Below are positions 37,044-49,500 of a stretch of 64,000 bases of DNA, one piece after another (position 1 is the stretch's first letter; the number at the start of each line of letters is the position of its first letter). The translations under genes were made by a program, and so were the position numbers. The notes below the pieces were generated by a model, which ran no database searches, was not told where the DNA came from, and was given only the letters and a program-made list of their open reading frames with translations. This stretch comes from Rhynchobatus australiae (taxonomy: Eukaryota): positions 1,024,127 to 1,088,126 of the forward strand of contig JAUZTB010000066.1 of assembly GCA_034780895.1 (NCBI GenBank). Reading direction: 5' to 3'.

Positions 37044-37554
37044 NNNNNNNNNNNNNNNNNNNNNNNNNNNNNNNNNNNNNNNNNNNNNNNNNNNNNNNNN
37101 NNNNNNNNNNNNNNNNNNNNNNNNNNNNNNNNNNNNNNNNNNNCTGTTTATAATGAATGATTCAAGTAAGCTTCCTGGTTCTGTTCCTCCACCACTCCTC
37201 CATTCCTCTTTCACTCTTTCTCCCTGTCCCACCAATGCCACGCAGACTCAAACACACACGGTTCTTGTGTTGCTGCTGTTGAACAGGATTCTGAATTCAT
37301 TAATATGGTGGTGTCTAATGACACTCTTGCTAATTTGATGCACTGTTAAAAACCATGTAAATTGTTATTTGGATTGATTTGTTATGTATTTTCAAGTTGA
37401 TTTAGCAGCTGTAAAAGGTCAGTGTTTAATTTTCAAACATATCTAAAATATTTTTAGAAAAATGGAGGTAGCCATGCAGTTCTGTTCTGTGATGTTTACT
37501 CTCGCAATTTCACTCAGAGTAGAACATTATGGATCCAATTACCATCCCTGAGAT

Positions 37555-37912
37555 GCAAGAAGACTCCAGCATAGTACTGAGGAAGTGCTGTCTGACTGGA
37601 GGGCCTTCCATTTAAACATTAAAGTGGGCCCTCAGGTGGTTGTAAAATTACAGTATTTTGAAAAGCAGCAGGAGAGTTATCCCACTTCCCTGTCCAAAAC
37701 TTATTTCTCAATCAGCATTACTTGGGGGGAGGGAAACAGATGATTTGGTCATTACCATGTTGCTGTTTGTGGGGGCTTGCTATGTACAAATGTGATGTTT
37801 CATTTCCTTTATTACAACAGTGACTACACATCAGAAGTATTTATTTGCTTTTAAAGTGCTTTGGAATTTCCTGAGCTCGTGAAAGGTGTCACACAAATGC
37901 AGGTCTTCTTTT
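37555..37912 (+). mobile_element. Deu-domain SINE (SacSINE1/AmnSINE1-like) with L2-type tail
   Basis: 'actccagcatagtactgaggaagtgctg...ccctcaggtgg...gcaggagagttatccc...ttgctgtttgtgggggcttgct...attacaacagtgactacac...gtgaaaggtgtcacacaaatgcagg'. Confidence 0.65.
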
Positions 37913-38249
37913 GGGGAAACCAACTAGAAAAAGAATCGATGCACTCTCATAATATACATTTTTAATGATCCAGTCTATGTACCACAGGTGAACTTTGTTT
38001 ATTAATTGCATATTACAATAATTTCTAGGATTAGAATGATTTATAGATCAAATAATTGTTTATCTTATGTAAAAGTTAATCAGGAAATATGATGTCTCAT
38101 TATCCACCTTTTACGTGTAACATGAGGTTTACCTAAACTGACGGGTGAAATATTGATATGGTTATTTATTACAAGCAAGATTAAATGTTATAATTAAGAC
38201 AACAAGGTAGCACAAAATGGAACATTAACCCAGGTAAATAATTTAATAA

Positions 38250-39335
38250 TAAAGAGAAAATTCTGGAAATTCTCAGCAGGACAGGCAGCATCTATGGAGT
38301 GAGAAACAGTTGATATTTCAGATTACAGAGACATAAGGGAGACTGTAGTTGCTGGAAATCTGGAGCAACACACACAAAATGCTGGAGGAACTCAGCAGGT
38401 CAGGCAGTATTTATTGAGGGAAATGAACAGTCAACGTTTCGGGCCGAGACCCTTCATCTGGACTCAACATCAAAAGTCCTCAAAAGGACTTCATCAGCAT
38501 ATTTCAGATTGATGACTTCCATCAGAACAGTTCTAATTATGGCAGTTTTGATCAAAGGGCATTGGTCTACAACATGAACTTTGCTGCTCATGCCATTGAT
38601 GTTGCTTGATCTCACAGAGCCATAAATTCATACAGCATAGAAACAAGCCATTCAGTCCAACCTGTCCATGCTGACCATCCAGTACCTGTCTTTGCTAATT
38701 CCTTTCACCAGCACTTGGTCTGCATCCTTTTATACCTTGGTGACTCAAGGGCTCCTCTAGATACTACTTCAATGTTTAGAGAATCTCTATCTCCACCTCC
38801 CCCTCAGGCGGTGCTTTCCAGATTGCAACAACCCTCTGGGTAGAAACGTTCTTCCTCAGAAACCTGCTAAACCTCCTACCCTAAACCTATGCCCTTTTTC
38901 TCTTTAGACTCCTCTGCGATGGGGGAAAAATGTCCTTTTCTATCCAATCGATGCCCTTTATAATTTTGTTCCTCTGTCAGGTTCCCTCCCCAACCCCCAC
39001 CCCTCGTCTCCTGTTCTCCAAGAAAGACAAAACCAACCAATCAAGTCTCCTCATAATAGAAATTCACCATTCATGGCAATATCTTGGTGAATCTCCTCTG
39101 CACCTCCTGTGCAATCACGTTTTTCTTGTAGTGTAGTGACCAGAACTGTACACAGTATTCCATCTGTGGCCTAACTAATATTTTATGTAGTTATACAATA
39201 ACCTCCCTGCTCTTATATTCCATGCCCTGGCTAATGAAGCAAGTATCCCATATGCCGCCTTCACCTGCTGAGTATTTTCAGCATTTTCTGTTCTTATTTT
39301 AGATTCTAGCTTCCTCAGTTTTTTTTTTGCTTTTC
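38250..39335. mobile_element. Nested cluster: two Penelope-derived terminal repeats plus an inserted CR1 3' fragment (minus, ~38617-39262)
   Basis: The outer arms 'agaaaattctggaaattctcagcagg' (38254) and 'cctgctgagtattttcagcattttct' (39264) are reverse complements. An inner copy lies at 38328-38465. Confidence 0.65.
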
Positions 39336-40169
39336 AAATGATTTATTATCCTTGCATTTCAAATGAATACAAAAAGCATTGATGGTTATTTTGATTCTCC
39401 ATGAGTTTTGATAAAATTGGACATGCTAGAATGGTTTTGTAAATTAGCATTGATCCGAAAAGAATGTCCACTTTGTTGTTTTTAATTCTCTGAACATGGT
39501 AGGTTCGCTTTGCATGGAAATGATTACTCAGCCATCAGATGAGGGAAACCTTTTGGGCCATGGCCTATTTCTGATCTTGAGTCTGTCGTCATCAGGCTGT
39601 CGTCTTGCTTTGTGTGAGGGCTGATTGTGAGAAAAAAACATTTGATTGGAGGCAACCAGGGTATAATAATTATAACACATTAGGGAGGCTTCAAAATGCA
39701 TCAGATCAGAATAAGTGGTGGGTGGGGGGGGGAAAGAAAAATTTGCACAACAAAAACTGAACTGTCCTTCAAAGATAGAAGAGCACCATTATGAAGTTGA
39801 GTTTTAACTTCCGCGTATAATCAATTACAACAAATTGCTTCAAAGCCTAATGTTTGAGCCAGCACGAACATGGTAAAATTGAAATGGGCTGGGCTATCTG
39901 AATGTCAGCATCTAAATTAATGCAAACAGTACACTTAAATTATTACATATTGTTGCAATAAGTGATGGCAATCATTTAAAGCTGGTATTTGCTGACACCC
40001 AATAAATATCAAAACCCCAGTTTGCTAATTTTTTGACATCAGACCAATAAGATTGTCCCTCCAATAAGCTTTGTGCATTGTTAATCAGAATTCTAACATT
40101 ATATACTCAAGACATTTCAATTACACTGTGTGACTTTAAGAATCATAAATGTGTTACTTTGGTTTAATA

Positions 40170-41140
40170 AGGACCATACGATCAAGGAGCAGAATAAGGC
40201 CATTCAGCCCATCAAGTCTGATGTGCTATTCAATCATGGCTGATTTATTTTTCAACTCCATTGCCTTGCCTTCTCCCCATAACCCTTAATCCCCTAACCA
40301 ATCAAAAACCAATCAATCTCTGCCTTAATACATCCAATGACTTGATCTCCGCAGCCCTCTGTGGCAATGAATTCCACAAATTCACCAGCTTCTGGCTGAA
40401 GAAATTCCTCCTCATCTCAGTTTTAAAGAGACATCCCTTTATTCTGAGGCTGTGCCCTTGGATTCTGGACTCTCCTACAAATGGAAGAATTCTCTCCACG
40501 TCCACTCTATCCAGTCCTTCTGATCTATCCTTCTGAACTCTATCGAGTGAAGGGCCAGAGACATCAAATGCTCCTCGTATGTTAAGCTTTTCATTCCCAA
40601 GATCATTCTTGTGAACCTCATGTGGACCCTTTCCAATGTCAGTACATTCATCCTTTGATTCAGGGCCCAAAACTGCTCTCAATACGCCAAATGTAGTCTG
40701 ACCAACGCCTAATAAAGCCTCAGCAGTACTCCATTGTTTTTATTATCTAGTCCTTTCGAAATGAATGCTAACATTGTATTTGCTGCCTTTACTACCGACT
40801 CAACCTGCAAATTAACCTTGGGGGAATCCTGCACAAGGACTCCCAAATCCCTTTGCAGCTCTGATTTCTGAATTTTTTTCCCCCTTTAGAAAATAGTCTA
40901 TGCTTTTTAATTCTTCCTACCAAAGTGCATTACTCCACACTTCCCTATGCTGTATTCCATCTGCCACCTATTTGCCCTTCTCCCAACCTGTCCAAGTTCT
41001 GCAGACTCCCTGCCTCCGTGACACCACCTGTTCCTCCACCGATCTTGGTATGTCTGCAAACTTGGCCAGATCATTAATGTATAAAGTGAAAAGCTGCAGT
41101 CCCAACACTGCTACCCGCGGAACTCCACTGGTGACCGGAC
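40170..41140 (-). mobile_element. CR1-like LINE RT and 3' end
   Basis: 'GLDRVDVERILPFVGESRIQGHSLRIKGCLFKTEMRRNFFSQKLVNLWNSLPQ' and 'AKFAD'. Confidence 0.85.
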
Positions 41141-41620
41141 ATCTCTGGCAAGGCCAGCATATATTATCAAGCCCAAAGTGCCCTTGTGAGCGAGTGTTGG
41201 TGAGTTACCGTGTTGAACTGCTGCATTCCTTCTGGTGAAAGTGCTTCCATGGTGCTGCTGGGCAGGGAGTTCCAGGACTGAGACCCAGTAACAATGATGG
41301 ATTAGCATCATATTTCCAAATCAGGATGGTGCACAAGTTGGGGAACCTGCAAGTGCTGGTGTTCTCATGTACCTACTGCTCATGTTCCTCTTGTGGGTTT
41401 GGCAGGTGCTATTGGACTAGACTGAGTGAGTAACTCATTTTGTAGATGGTGTACACAGAAGCCACTCTACACTGAAGATGGAGGAGATGAATATTTTGAG
41501 TGGTAGATGGGGTACCGTTCAAGCAGTTGAGCTTCTTGAGAGCTAGCTGGATTGGGCTTTTCCTTCTTCTTGTGAACAGGATGTGCGAGAAAGGTCAATA
41601 TCTGCATTTTTAGGTAGATG

Positions 41621-42237
41621 TATTGGTTTATTATTGTCACTTGTACCGAGGTACAGTGAAAAACTTGTCTTGCAAACCGATTGTACAGGTCAATCCATTA
41701 CACAGTGCAGTTACATTGAGTTAGTACAGAGTGCATTGATGCAGTACGGGTAAGAACAATAACAGTACAGAGTAAAGTGTCACAGCTACAGAGAAAGTGC
41801 AGTGCAATAAGGTGCAAGGTCACACAAGGTAGATCGTGAGGTCAGAGTCCATCTCACTGTATAAGGGAACTGTTCAATAGTCTTTTCACAGTGGGGTAGA
41901 AGCTGTCCTTGAGCCTGGTGGTACGTGCTCTCAGGCTCCTGTATCTTCTGCCTGATGGGAGAGGAGAGAAGAGAGAAGGACCCGGACTATTGACTGGTCC
42001 CCTAGTACGATATAGTGAACTCTTGACTTCACAATCCACCTCGTTATTGCCCTTGCACCTTATTGTCTGCCTGCACTGCACTTTCTCTGTAGCTGTTACA
42101 TTTTATTCTGCATTCTGTTATTGTTTTACCTTGTACTACCTCAATGCACTGTGTAATGAATTGATCTGTATGATTGATATACAAGTTTTTCACTGTACCT
42201 CAGTACAAGTGACAATAATAAACCAATTTCAATTTCA
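41621..42237. mobile_element. Two Rex1/Babar-like LINE 3' ends joined head-to-head (minus 41621-41985, plus 41986-42237)
   Basis: The left copy encodes 'SLFSPLPSGRRYRSLRARTTRLKDSFYP'. Termini 'attggtttattattgtcacttgtac' and 'gtacaagtgacaataataaaccaat' are exact reverse complements. Confidence 0.85.
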
Positions 42238-43294
42238 CCAATGCTTCACAGGGTCAGTTCCAAACCCTTGCCCTACTGTGTGCCTGTGCCGTGAACACTC
42301 TGCTCAATGTCCACATTAGACAGTTTGTTCACACCCACTTCATCTGTACCCAGAATTATTTTTTAAGAACTGGCAGATTAGATGGAGAGTTTAAAATCCA
42401 AGTTTTAAAAAAAATGATTCACAGCAGTTACTGAAGTACATCTGAATATTATTCCCTCAGTTGTTACTGACTGCCACTTCACATGGATTGGAACTTGCTG
42501 GGAAAACTGTGAATCTGCTCTTCTCTCCTACATTTAGACAATCCACATTCTCCTGGGACAAAATCATTTGTGTGTTTTTGTGTTCCACGTTAAAATTGGA
42601 GTGAAGTAGGGCTGCTAAACATGTCACAAGCTACACCTCAAGCATTTCCTTCCTGAGAGAATCAGATACCATCCCTCTGCTCAATACTTCCCCAGATGCT
42701 GCAACTGAATTTAAAACAAACCCTGTGAAAGGTGCAGTGTGTTTAATACAGTCCAGCTTCCCTGAGTGACATTTGTTCTTTGGGTAGGACTTTCAACCAT
42801 GTCCAAGGAAGGAGAGAAAGATCCCATGGAAAAAGTTGAAGAGTAGAGAATCCTCAACTTATAAGTTATATAGTGTGGCTGCAATTGGACACAATTTTGC
42901 CACCAAATTTTGATTAGATATGAAAGACAAAGCAGAAGAGATCTGCAGGATGGGGAACGAGAACTGTGGGCTGTGAAGGGGGGGGGACGGACAAGACAGA
43001 GTTATGAGAAGGGAAGCAGTGATCATTTTACTGGTTGGTGAGATGGCACCAATTCAAGAACTGGAGAGCAGCACTGGAAAACTTTCATCACAGAGGGCGG
43101 TCAGAATGTGTAAATCTCTCACACAAACCCAGTCAATATCAGAAAGACAGGAATGATCTGTGCTGGGAACATGCAGTTTCCAGACGTTGAGAGCAAGACT
43201 GCCAACTAGAAGGCAGAGTCTATAAATCATTATTAAATGAAATTAGCAGTTAAAATGGAGGAGCACTAGAATAAAGTGGGGGGTGTGATCAGGA

Positions 43295-43470
43295 GACTGA
43301 ATTGCACCTTATTGTCTACCTGTGCTGCACCTTCTGTTACTGTAACACAATATTCTACGTTCTGCTTTCCTTTTGTACATCTCCATACTTGGAATGATCA
43401 GTCTGGATGGCACACAGAAGTTTTTCCACTGTATCTCGGTACATGTGACAATAATAAACCAATTACCAAA
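43295..43470 (+). mobile_element. Rex1/Babar-like LINE 3' UTR fragment
   Basis: Ends 'cactgtatctcggtacatgtgacaataataaaccaattacc', the same tail as 42237 and 46115. Confidence 0.75.
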
Positions 43471-43874
43471 AGATAGACAACCACACCACAGTGGTTGTGC
43501 CTTTAAATAACCCATCACCCTGACAGTGCCTCCAATACCATCGCTATCAAACAATGGCTACAATCTTAGATTTCCCTCCTCCATTCCAAGAACAGTCGCT
43601 TCACCTTTAATTCCCTTCCACCCACAACTCCAAAGGGTGTTGGCTTTATGCTTCAATCTACACTGTCCAGATGTTTTAAGTTGAGCTGCAAATGTATACC
43701 CTGTGTTACAACTCCAGCTCCTGAGAGCCTAGTGAAGATCCAATGGGCGCAAACTAGAATCACAACTAAAGCATTGCTTTTTTAATTGTGAGAAATTGTT
43801 ATTGGTCAAATTGAAGAAATTTTTGTTCTATTGAAAATCAATGATTTTAGGAAAGTTTAGTGTGAAAGTTACAC

Positions 43875-44640
43875 ACAGGCATGAATTAGTAGCAGGAGGA
43901 GGCCACTTCATTGTCATGGCTGATCTGATTGTATCTTCACTCTGCATCCTGTCAACACCTTAAAGATATTCAAAGACTCTGCTTTTCTCACCCTTTGAGA
44001 AGGAGAGTTGAAAAGAGTAATTACCTCAGAGAAAATAAATTGGCGACCTCTTACTTTTAAACAGTGATCCTTAATTCAAGATACTCAGACAAGAGGAAAC
44101 ATCCTCTCCACATCCACCTCGGGATCTTATATGTTTCGATCAAGACTGCACTCACTCTTCTAAACTCCAGCAGATACAAGCCTCACCTGTCCAATCTTTC
44201 CTCATGAGACAGCCTGCCCAATCCAAGTATTAGTAAAGATTTTCTGATTATGCATTAATATTAATGCTTAAACACCTACCAGTTCTCCAGATGTACTTAC
44301 CAATGCCTGAAGCATAACCTCTCTACTTTTGTATTCAATTCTTCTCACAATAAGCAATAACATTCTACCAGCTCTCTTACATATGTAGTGTACCTACACA
44401 CTCACCTTTCTTGAACGCGCTCAGACACCCAGATCTTTTAGCACCTCCAAGATCTACAATCTCTCACCATTGAGATAACATGCATCTTTCTATGTTTTCT
44501 GCCATTATCAGTTTCCCACATTCTATGCCATTTATAAGATCTTTTCTCACTCACTTAACCCATCTATTTTCCCCTGCAGCTTCCTTATGCCCTCTTCACA
44601 ACTTACTTTCCTACTTTTTTTGGCAAAGTCTACATTGCAG
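43875..44640 (-). mobile_element. Decayed CR1-like LINE
   Basis: Starts with the tail 'attagtagcaggaggaggcca...catggctgatctg' and shows RT-region similarity. Confidence 0.6.
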
Positions 44641-45902
44641 AAAGTTTGATCCCTATTTTCGGTGACTGATCCACTGCATATTCCAACGTTGGCAGTAAAA
44701 TCATGCCATGTCCTACTGCTCAGAGAGCGAATAGTTAACTTTCTCAAGCTCCACTCGATGCTCTACGACACACCATATTGTTTAGTGTTTGACCATTTTT
44801 CTCTGAAACCTTTGCATTGTAACGGAGAACAAACTGCAAACAGGAGTTTGAGCGGGGAAGATTTCCAATGCTGGAGTCATTTTATTGAAGACAGGGTGGA
44901 CACATCCTCCAGCAGGGAAAGGGTTAAACGGCAGGCAGCAGTGGAAATGTCATGAAGCCGGTCTGCTGAGTTGCTGCCTACCCATTTTCTCAGCTTCACC
45001 CCATCGCAGTCTGGCAGCCAAGAGGCTGCTGTGCAGCTTGTCACGTCCCATTAGCAGTCTGCACCGTGTGGTGCGCAGGACACAGGATGCACACAGCAAG
45101 GCCAAGGGGAAGGTGTGCCAAGTCGCACACAGCGGCTGGTGGAAGTGAACTCCAGCTTTCGACTGATTTATATGGAGCTGTAGGGTTCACAAGCCGGAGA
45201 GATTTATTTGTGTTTGTATATGAAGAGTCTGTAGAAGCTCCTCTTGGGGTTGCTCTGTGCTTCATAAAGCTTTACTGGCAGGATGCCCACACAGAAACCC
45301 TCCCGAGGTTATAGAGGGTGTCAGCTAAACTTGAAACTTTCTTCCTCTCTCTCTCTCACTGGAGCTGTGACCACCTGTTTTTGATCCTATCGATGTAAGC
45401 CTCCAGGCCAGATGCAGGTCACAATTGCCATAGGAAAGGAAACACTGATGAGGAAAAGGGGGGAGCCTGCAACTACCACCCATTATTCTAAGCATGGCCT
45501 CCCTGCCCCATCCTCTGGCTGCTTTATTCAGGGATTGACTTACTCACATCCTATACTGGACGTGACCCTCTAATTCAATTCAAAACTGAATGAACTGGTG
45601 TGCATTTCCCATCTAATCCTAGATCCAGCCATCTCTTCCTTTGCTTTGTGTATTTTTAGCAAAGGACTACAAAACAAAAAAGAATTTAATTTATAAATAA
45701 CTTTTGCAGTCAGAAAACAACTTAGCGCTGTCACCTGGACTTCACACATTGACTGAAGGCTGCTAAATAACAGTTTTGACTTCCTGCACAGTCATCAGGT
45801 TGGGTTTGCCGTGATCTCTGTACATAGAATGCAGGTGATTTCTTGTCAGCTTACACTGTACACACAGCCCAAATTCATTTCAGTGTAAATGAAAATTTAA
45901 AA

Positions 45903-46080
45903 AAACTGCAGATGCTGGAAATCTGGAACAAAAACAGAAAATGCTGGAAATACTCATCAGGTCAGGCAGCATCTGAGGGAAGAGGAACAGAATCTCTTCT
46001 ACCTGAAACATTGAGTCTGTTTCTCTTCCCAGAGATGTGGCCTGACCTGCAGAATATTTCCAGCATTTTCAGTTTTTATT
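45903..46080. mobile_element. Penelope-derived hairpin element (inverted terminal repeats)
   Basis: 'aaaaacagaaaatgctggaaatactc..caggtcaggc.gcatctg' versus 'gagatgtggcctgacctgcagaatatttccagcattttcagttttt'. Confidence 0.72.
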
Positions 46081-46114
46081 CTCTTTGGTGTGTTGCCCAT
46101 GGGTAATGAATTTG

Positions 46115-46585
46115 CCAATTGGTAATTGGTTTATTATTGTCACATGTACTGAGATACAGTGAAAAACTTTTGTGTGCCATCCAGACAAATCATTCCAGAC
46201 ACAAGTCTACCGAGGGAGTACGAAATGAAAAAAGAACAGAGTGCAGAATATAGTGTTACAGTTACAGAGAACGTACAGTGCAGGCAGACAAACACAGTGC
46301 AAGGGCCACCATGAGGTAGACTGAGAGATCAAGGAGTTCATCTTTATTGTATAAGAGGTCCATTTAAGAGTCTTATAACAGCGGGACAGAAACTGTCCTT
46401 GAGCCCGGTGTATGCATTCTCAAGATTTTGTTACCTTCTGCCTGATGGGATGGGGGAGAAGAGAGAGTGACCGGGGTGGGAGGGGTCCATGATTATGCTG
46501 GCTGCTTTCCTGAGGTAGTGGGAAGTGTAGATGGAGTCAAAGGAGGGGAGGCTGGTTTTCGTGCTGGACTAGGCTGCGTTCACAT
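46115..46585 (-). mobile_element. Rex1/Babar-like LINE 3' end
   Basis: Tail 'attggtaattggtttattattgtcacatgtac', and reverse-strand 'PTPVTLSSPPSHQAE' / 'HSLFSP.PSGRR' region. Confidence 0.8.
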
Positions 46586-49500
46586 CTGTCATCCTAAGTT
46601 AACTGCTTATTAATGCTGAAAAGAAGATTATTTAAAATCTATATTCTGAGTAAATGATAAACATGTGGAGTGTGTTCCTTACCATCCAGCCCTGCCCTGC
46701 CTCTGGCCCACTGCTTCACTGCTCAAGGTGCAGCCAGCAATTTCCCTACCTCTGGCCATCAATGCACCAATTGGTAGGACCCCTGAGTAATGCAAGGGGT
46801 AAATTCTGACCACTGTGAGGGTTCAGAGATAAGATACTGGCCTGGTGAACTAAGCTTTGGTGGAGAACAAACCTGTCCACCGCTCAGTAGGAAGCTGGAG
46901 ACACTGTAGAAGGGAGGGATAGGCTGGTTACACACAAGAGTGGGACAAACCAGGGTCTATCTCTGATCCAGTGGGGTGTGTGGATAGGCGCGTATAGGCC
47001 AACAGCAGAGACACCTAAAATCAAGGTAACAACCTGAAGCTGCAACAGAAGATTTCAGGACATCAAGAACTGAGGAACTGCACAACCAGAGGATCAGATC
47101 ATTACTCTCCAATCCCAGCACTGACGGGTAGTGAACAATGAAAAGGTATTAGGAGGCAGTGGCTTCCAGAACGCAGTACACTCAACAAGTTACCGCTAGG
47201 CCCAGGCTGAAGCAGAAGTGGCTTAATGTGGTTGGAAAGACTTCAGCCTCCAGCCAAGGTCTGCGCTACAGAAGCTAGCCTTCAGCCAACACAGTCACTC
47301 CATGCACACTGGGTACATCAAGAACTATGGGATCAGACAACATTCCAGCTGTACTACTGAAGATCTATTCCCCAGAACTAGCTGCACCTCAAAACAAGCT
47401 GTTCCACCACAGTTACACCACTGGCATCTACCCAACAATGTGGAAAATTGTTCAGGTACAAAAAGGACAAATCCATCCCAGCTAACTAACACTGTCTCTT
47501 CTCAACAATCAAATAAAGTGACGAAAGGCTTTCTAAACAGTACGATCAAGCAGCAACATTCCAACCTTGCTCCTGTGTATGCCATCATTTCAGAGTTTTA
47601 TTTCCTCATGCTCTCGCTCTCTGTTAAGTTCAAGTTCCCCTGGAACTTTGCTGTTTTTGTCCGACTGGACAGAACTTCAATACACTCAATTCTCGACTGC
47701 ATTGGGTCTTACTTCCCACATTTTCAGATCCCAGCTCTCTCTCTCTAATCTTTAACAGTATGTTCTCCAACACGTCTGCTCTGTCTTGTTTACATCCCCT
47801 CTTATGTTTTCACTATGGGCGTGGGTCCTTAAGTGCCCCTTGAGAAGGTGGTGCTGAGGTAATCAGTGAACTAAGGGGGTTTGTGGAGCCCTGTGATCAC
47901 GGAACCACTGAGGAAATGCAGGAGGTTATTTGGCCAACACATCCTTCACCACCTCTTCCCATAAACCCCTAAATTTACAGCTCAGCTACTGGCAATGTAA
48001 CATTCCATCCAGGAAGAATCCATTTATAAAGGAGACAGTCTCCTGGGCAGTGACAGATCTCTCCACCTTGCAGTTCGCCAACCTTGCACAGCCCACTTCC
48101 TTCACCAACTCACTGTACAAATCTTCAACCTGGACAAAGGAATCAACTGGAAATCTAAGGTGCTGAATGGAAGCAAACTGAAGTAGGTTTCAAAGATTAA
48201 AAATGCCATTCAAAATTGTTCAACTTGTGCCAACCCAGGGAAGAACTGGGAACAAACTCCTGGAAACTGAAGGCTCCCAAACACTGGTTGCGCCAACCTC
48301 TTAGAAAGTGGTTCTCACGTATATACTCCTTCTTAAAATAGCGTTTTACATGGATTTCACAGAAGAGATTATAAACAGCTCAGTACCAGCAATAACTTGT
48401 ATTTATATAGTACCTTTAGCACTGCAAAACATCAAAGATTTAAACTACCACCAGTACTTTAATGAGGACATTTTTCACACTGTGAGTAGTCATTACTCAA
48501 TGCCTGAAGTTAATGACGGGAGACGCAACTCTGGTTTTCAAACATTGCAGGGCTATGGGAAGGAGCTGGGAAGGCAGCTTGGGATTGTTCCTGCAGAAGG
48601 CTGGTGCAAACTCAGTGGGCTGCAGCGCCTCCTCCATTATTTCATACCACTGAATAAGAGGATACTGATGACTCATCCTTAATGCAGAACGATGAACCAG
48701 CTAGCTTTGTGGAATCTTAGTTTCATTTCAGAGACCTTCAGCCACAAATTGCCTCTACTTTGAATTGGCTTCCAAGGCTTCTGGATAATTGTTTAGGTCT
48801 CCATAAATGTACAACTGAATTCAAAATTAGATGCTGAGGAAAAACAACCACTGCATAATGTATAAAATCAGTCTCGGTAATACCTCATTGGCCCCGAACT
48901 ACTGAACCTGACAGAGCGTCGACCAGTCTTTCACTCAATTTTCCAGTCAAAAAGGAATCTGCCACAGGGCAGGATGGATGTGCTTATATTGTAATAAAAC
49001 CAATAGTTTCAAATCACACTTTATTGCTTGAGGGCACTCCCTCTTCTAAATTCTTTTGCACTCCAGAATTGCTCATGAATTTTACAACTCGGAAGGCCAT
49101 TTGGTCCATCTTGTCTGTGCTCATTCTTTGAAAAAGCTATCCAATTAGTGCCACTCCCCTTCCCTTCCCTGTCGCCCTTTGATTTACTTCCCCTCCAGTA
49201 TTTATCTAATTCCCTTTCAGAAGCTCCTATTGCATTGCTGCCAACACTCTTCCAGAGCACAACGTGCCATTTCAAGAACCGAGTGCCCCTGGATATGAGA
49301 CTTGTGTGCTAAAAGTTGTAGTGTAGAACATTAAATCAAATTACAGTAAAAGGGGAAGCGACGAGCAAGACAACAGGAAAACATTTGAGTGGACGAATGA
49401 GCGTGTATGAGAGGCCCACGCCACGTGCGGACTGTTACACAATATTCTAGCTCTCTGTAACGATTAGTGCCAGCACTGGTGTTTACTGCTTGGGAGGGGG

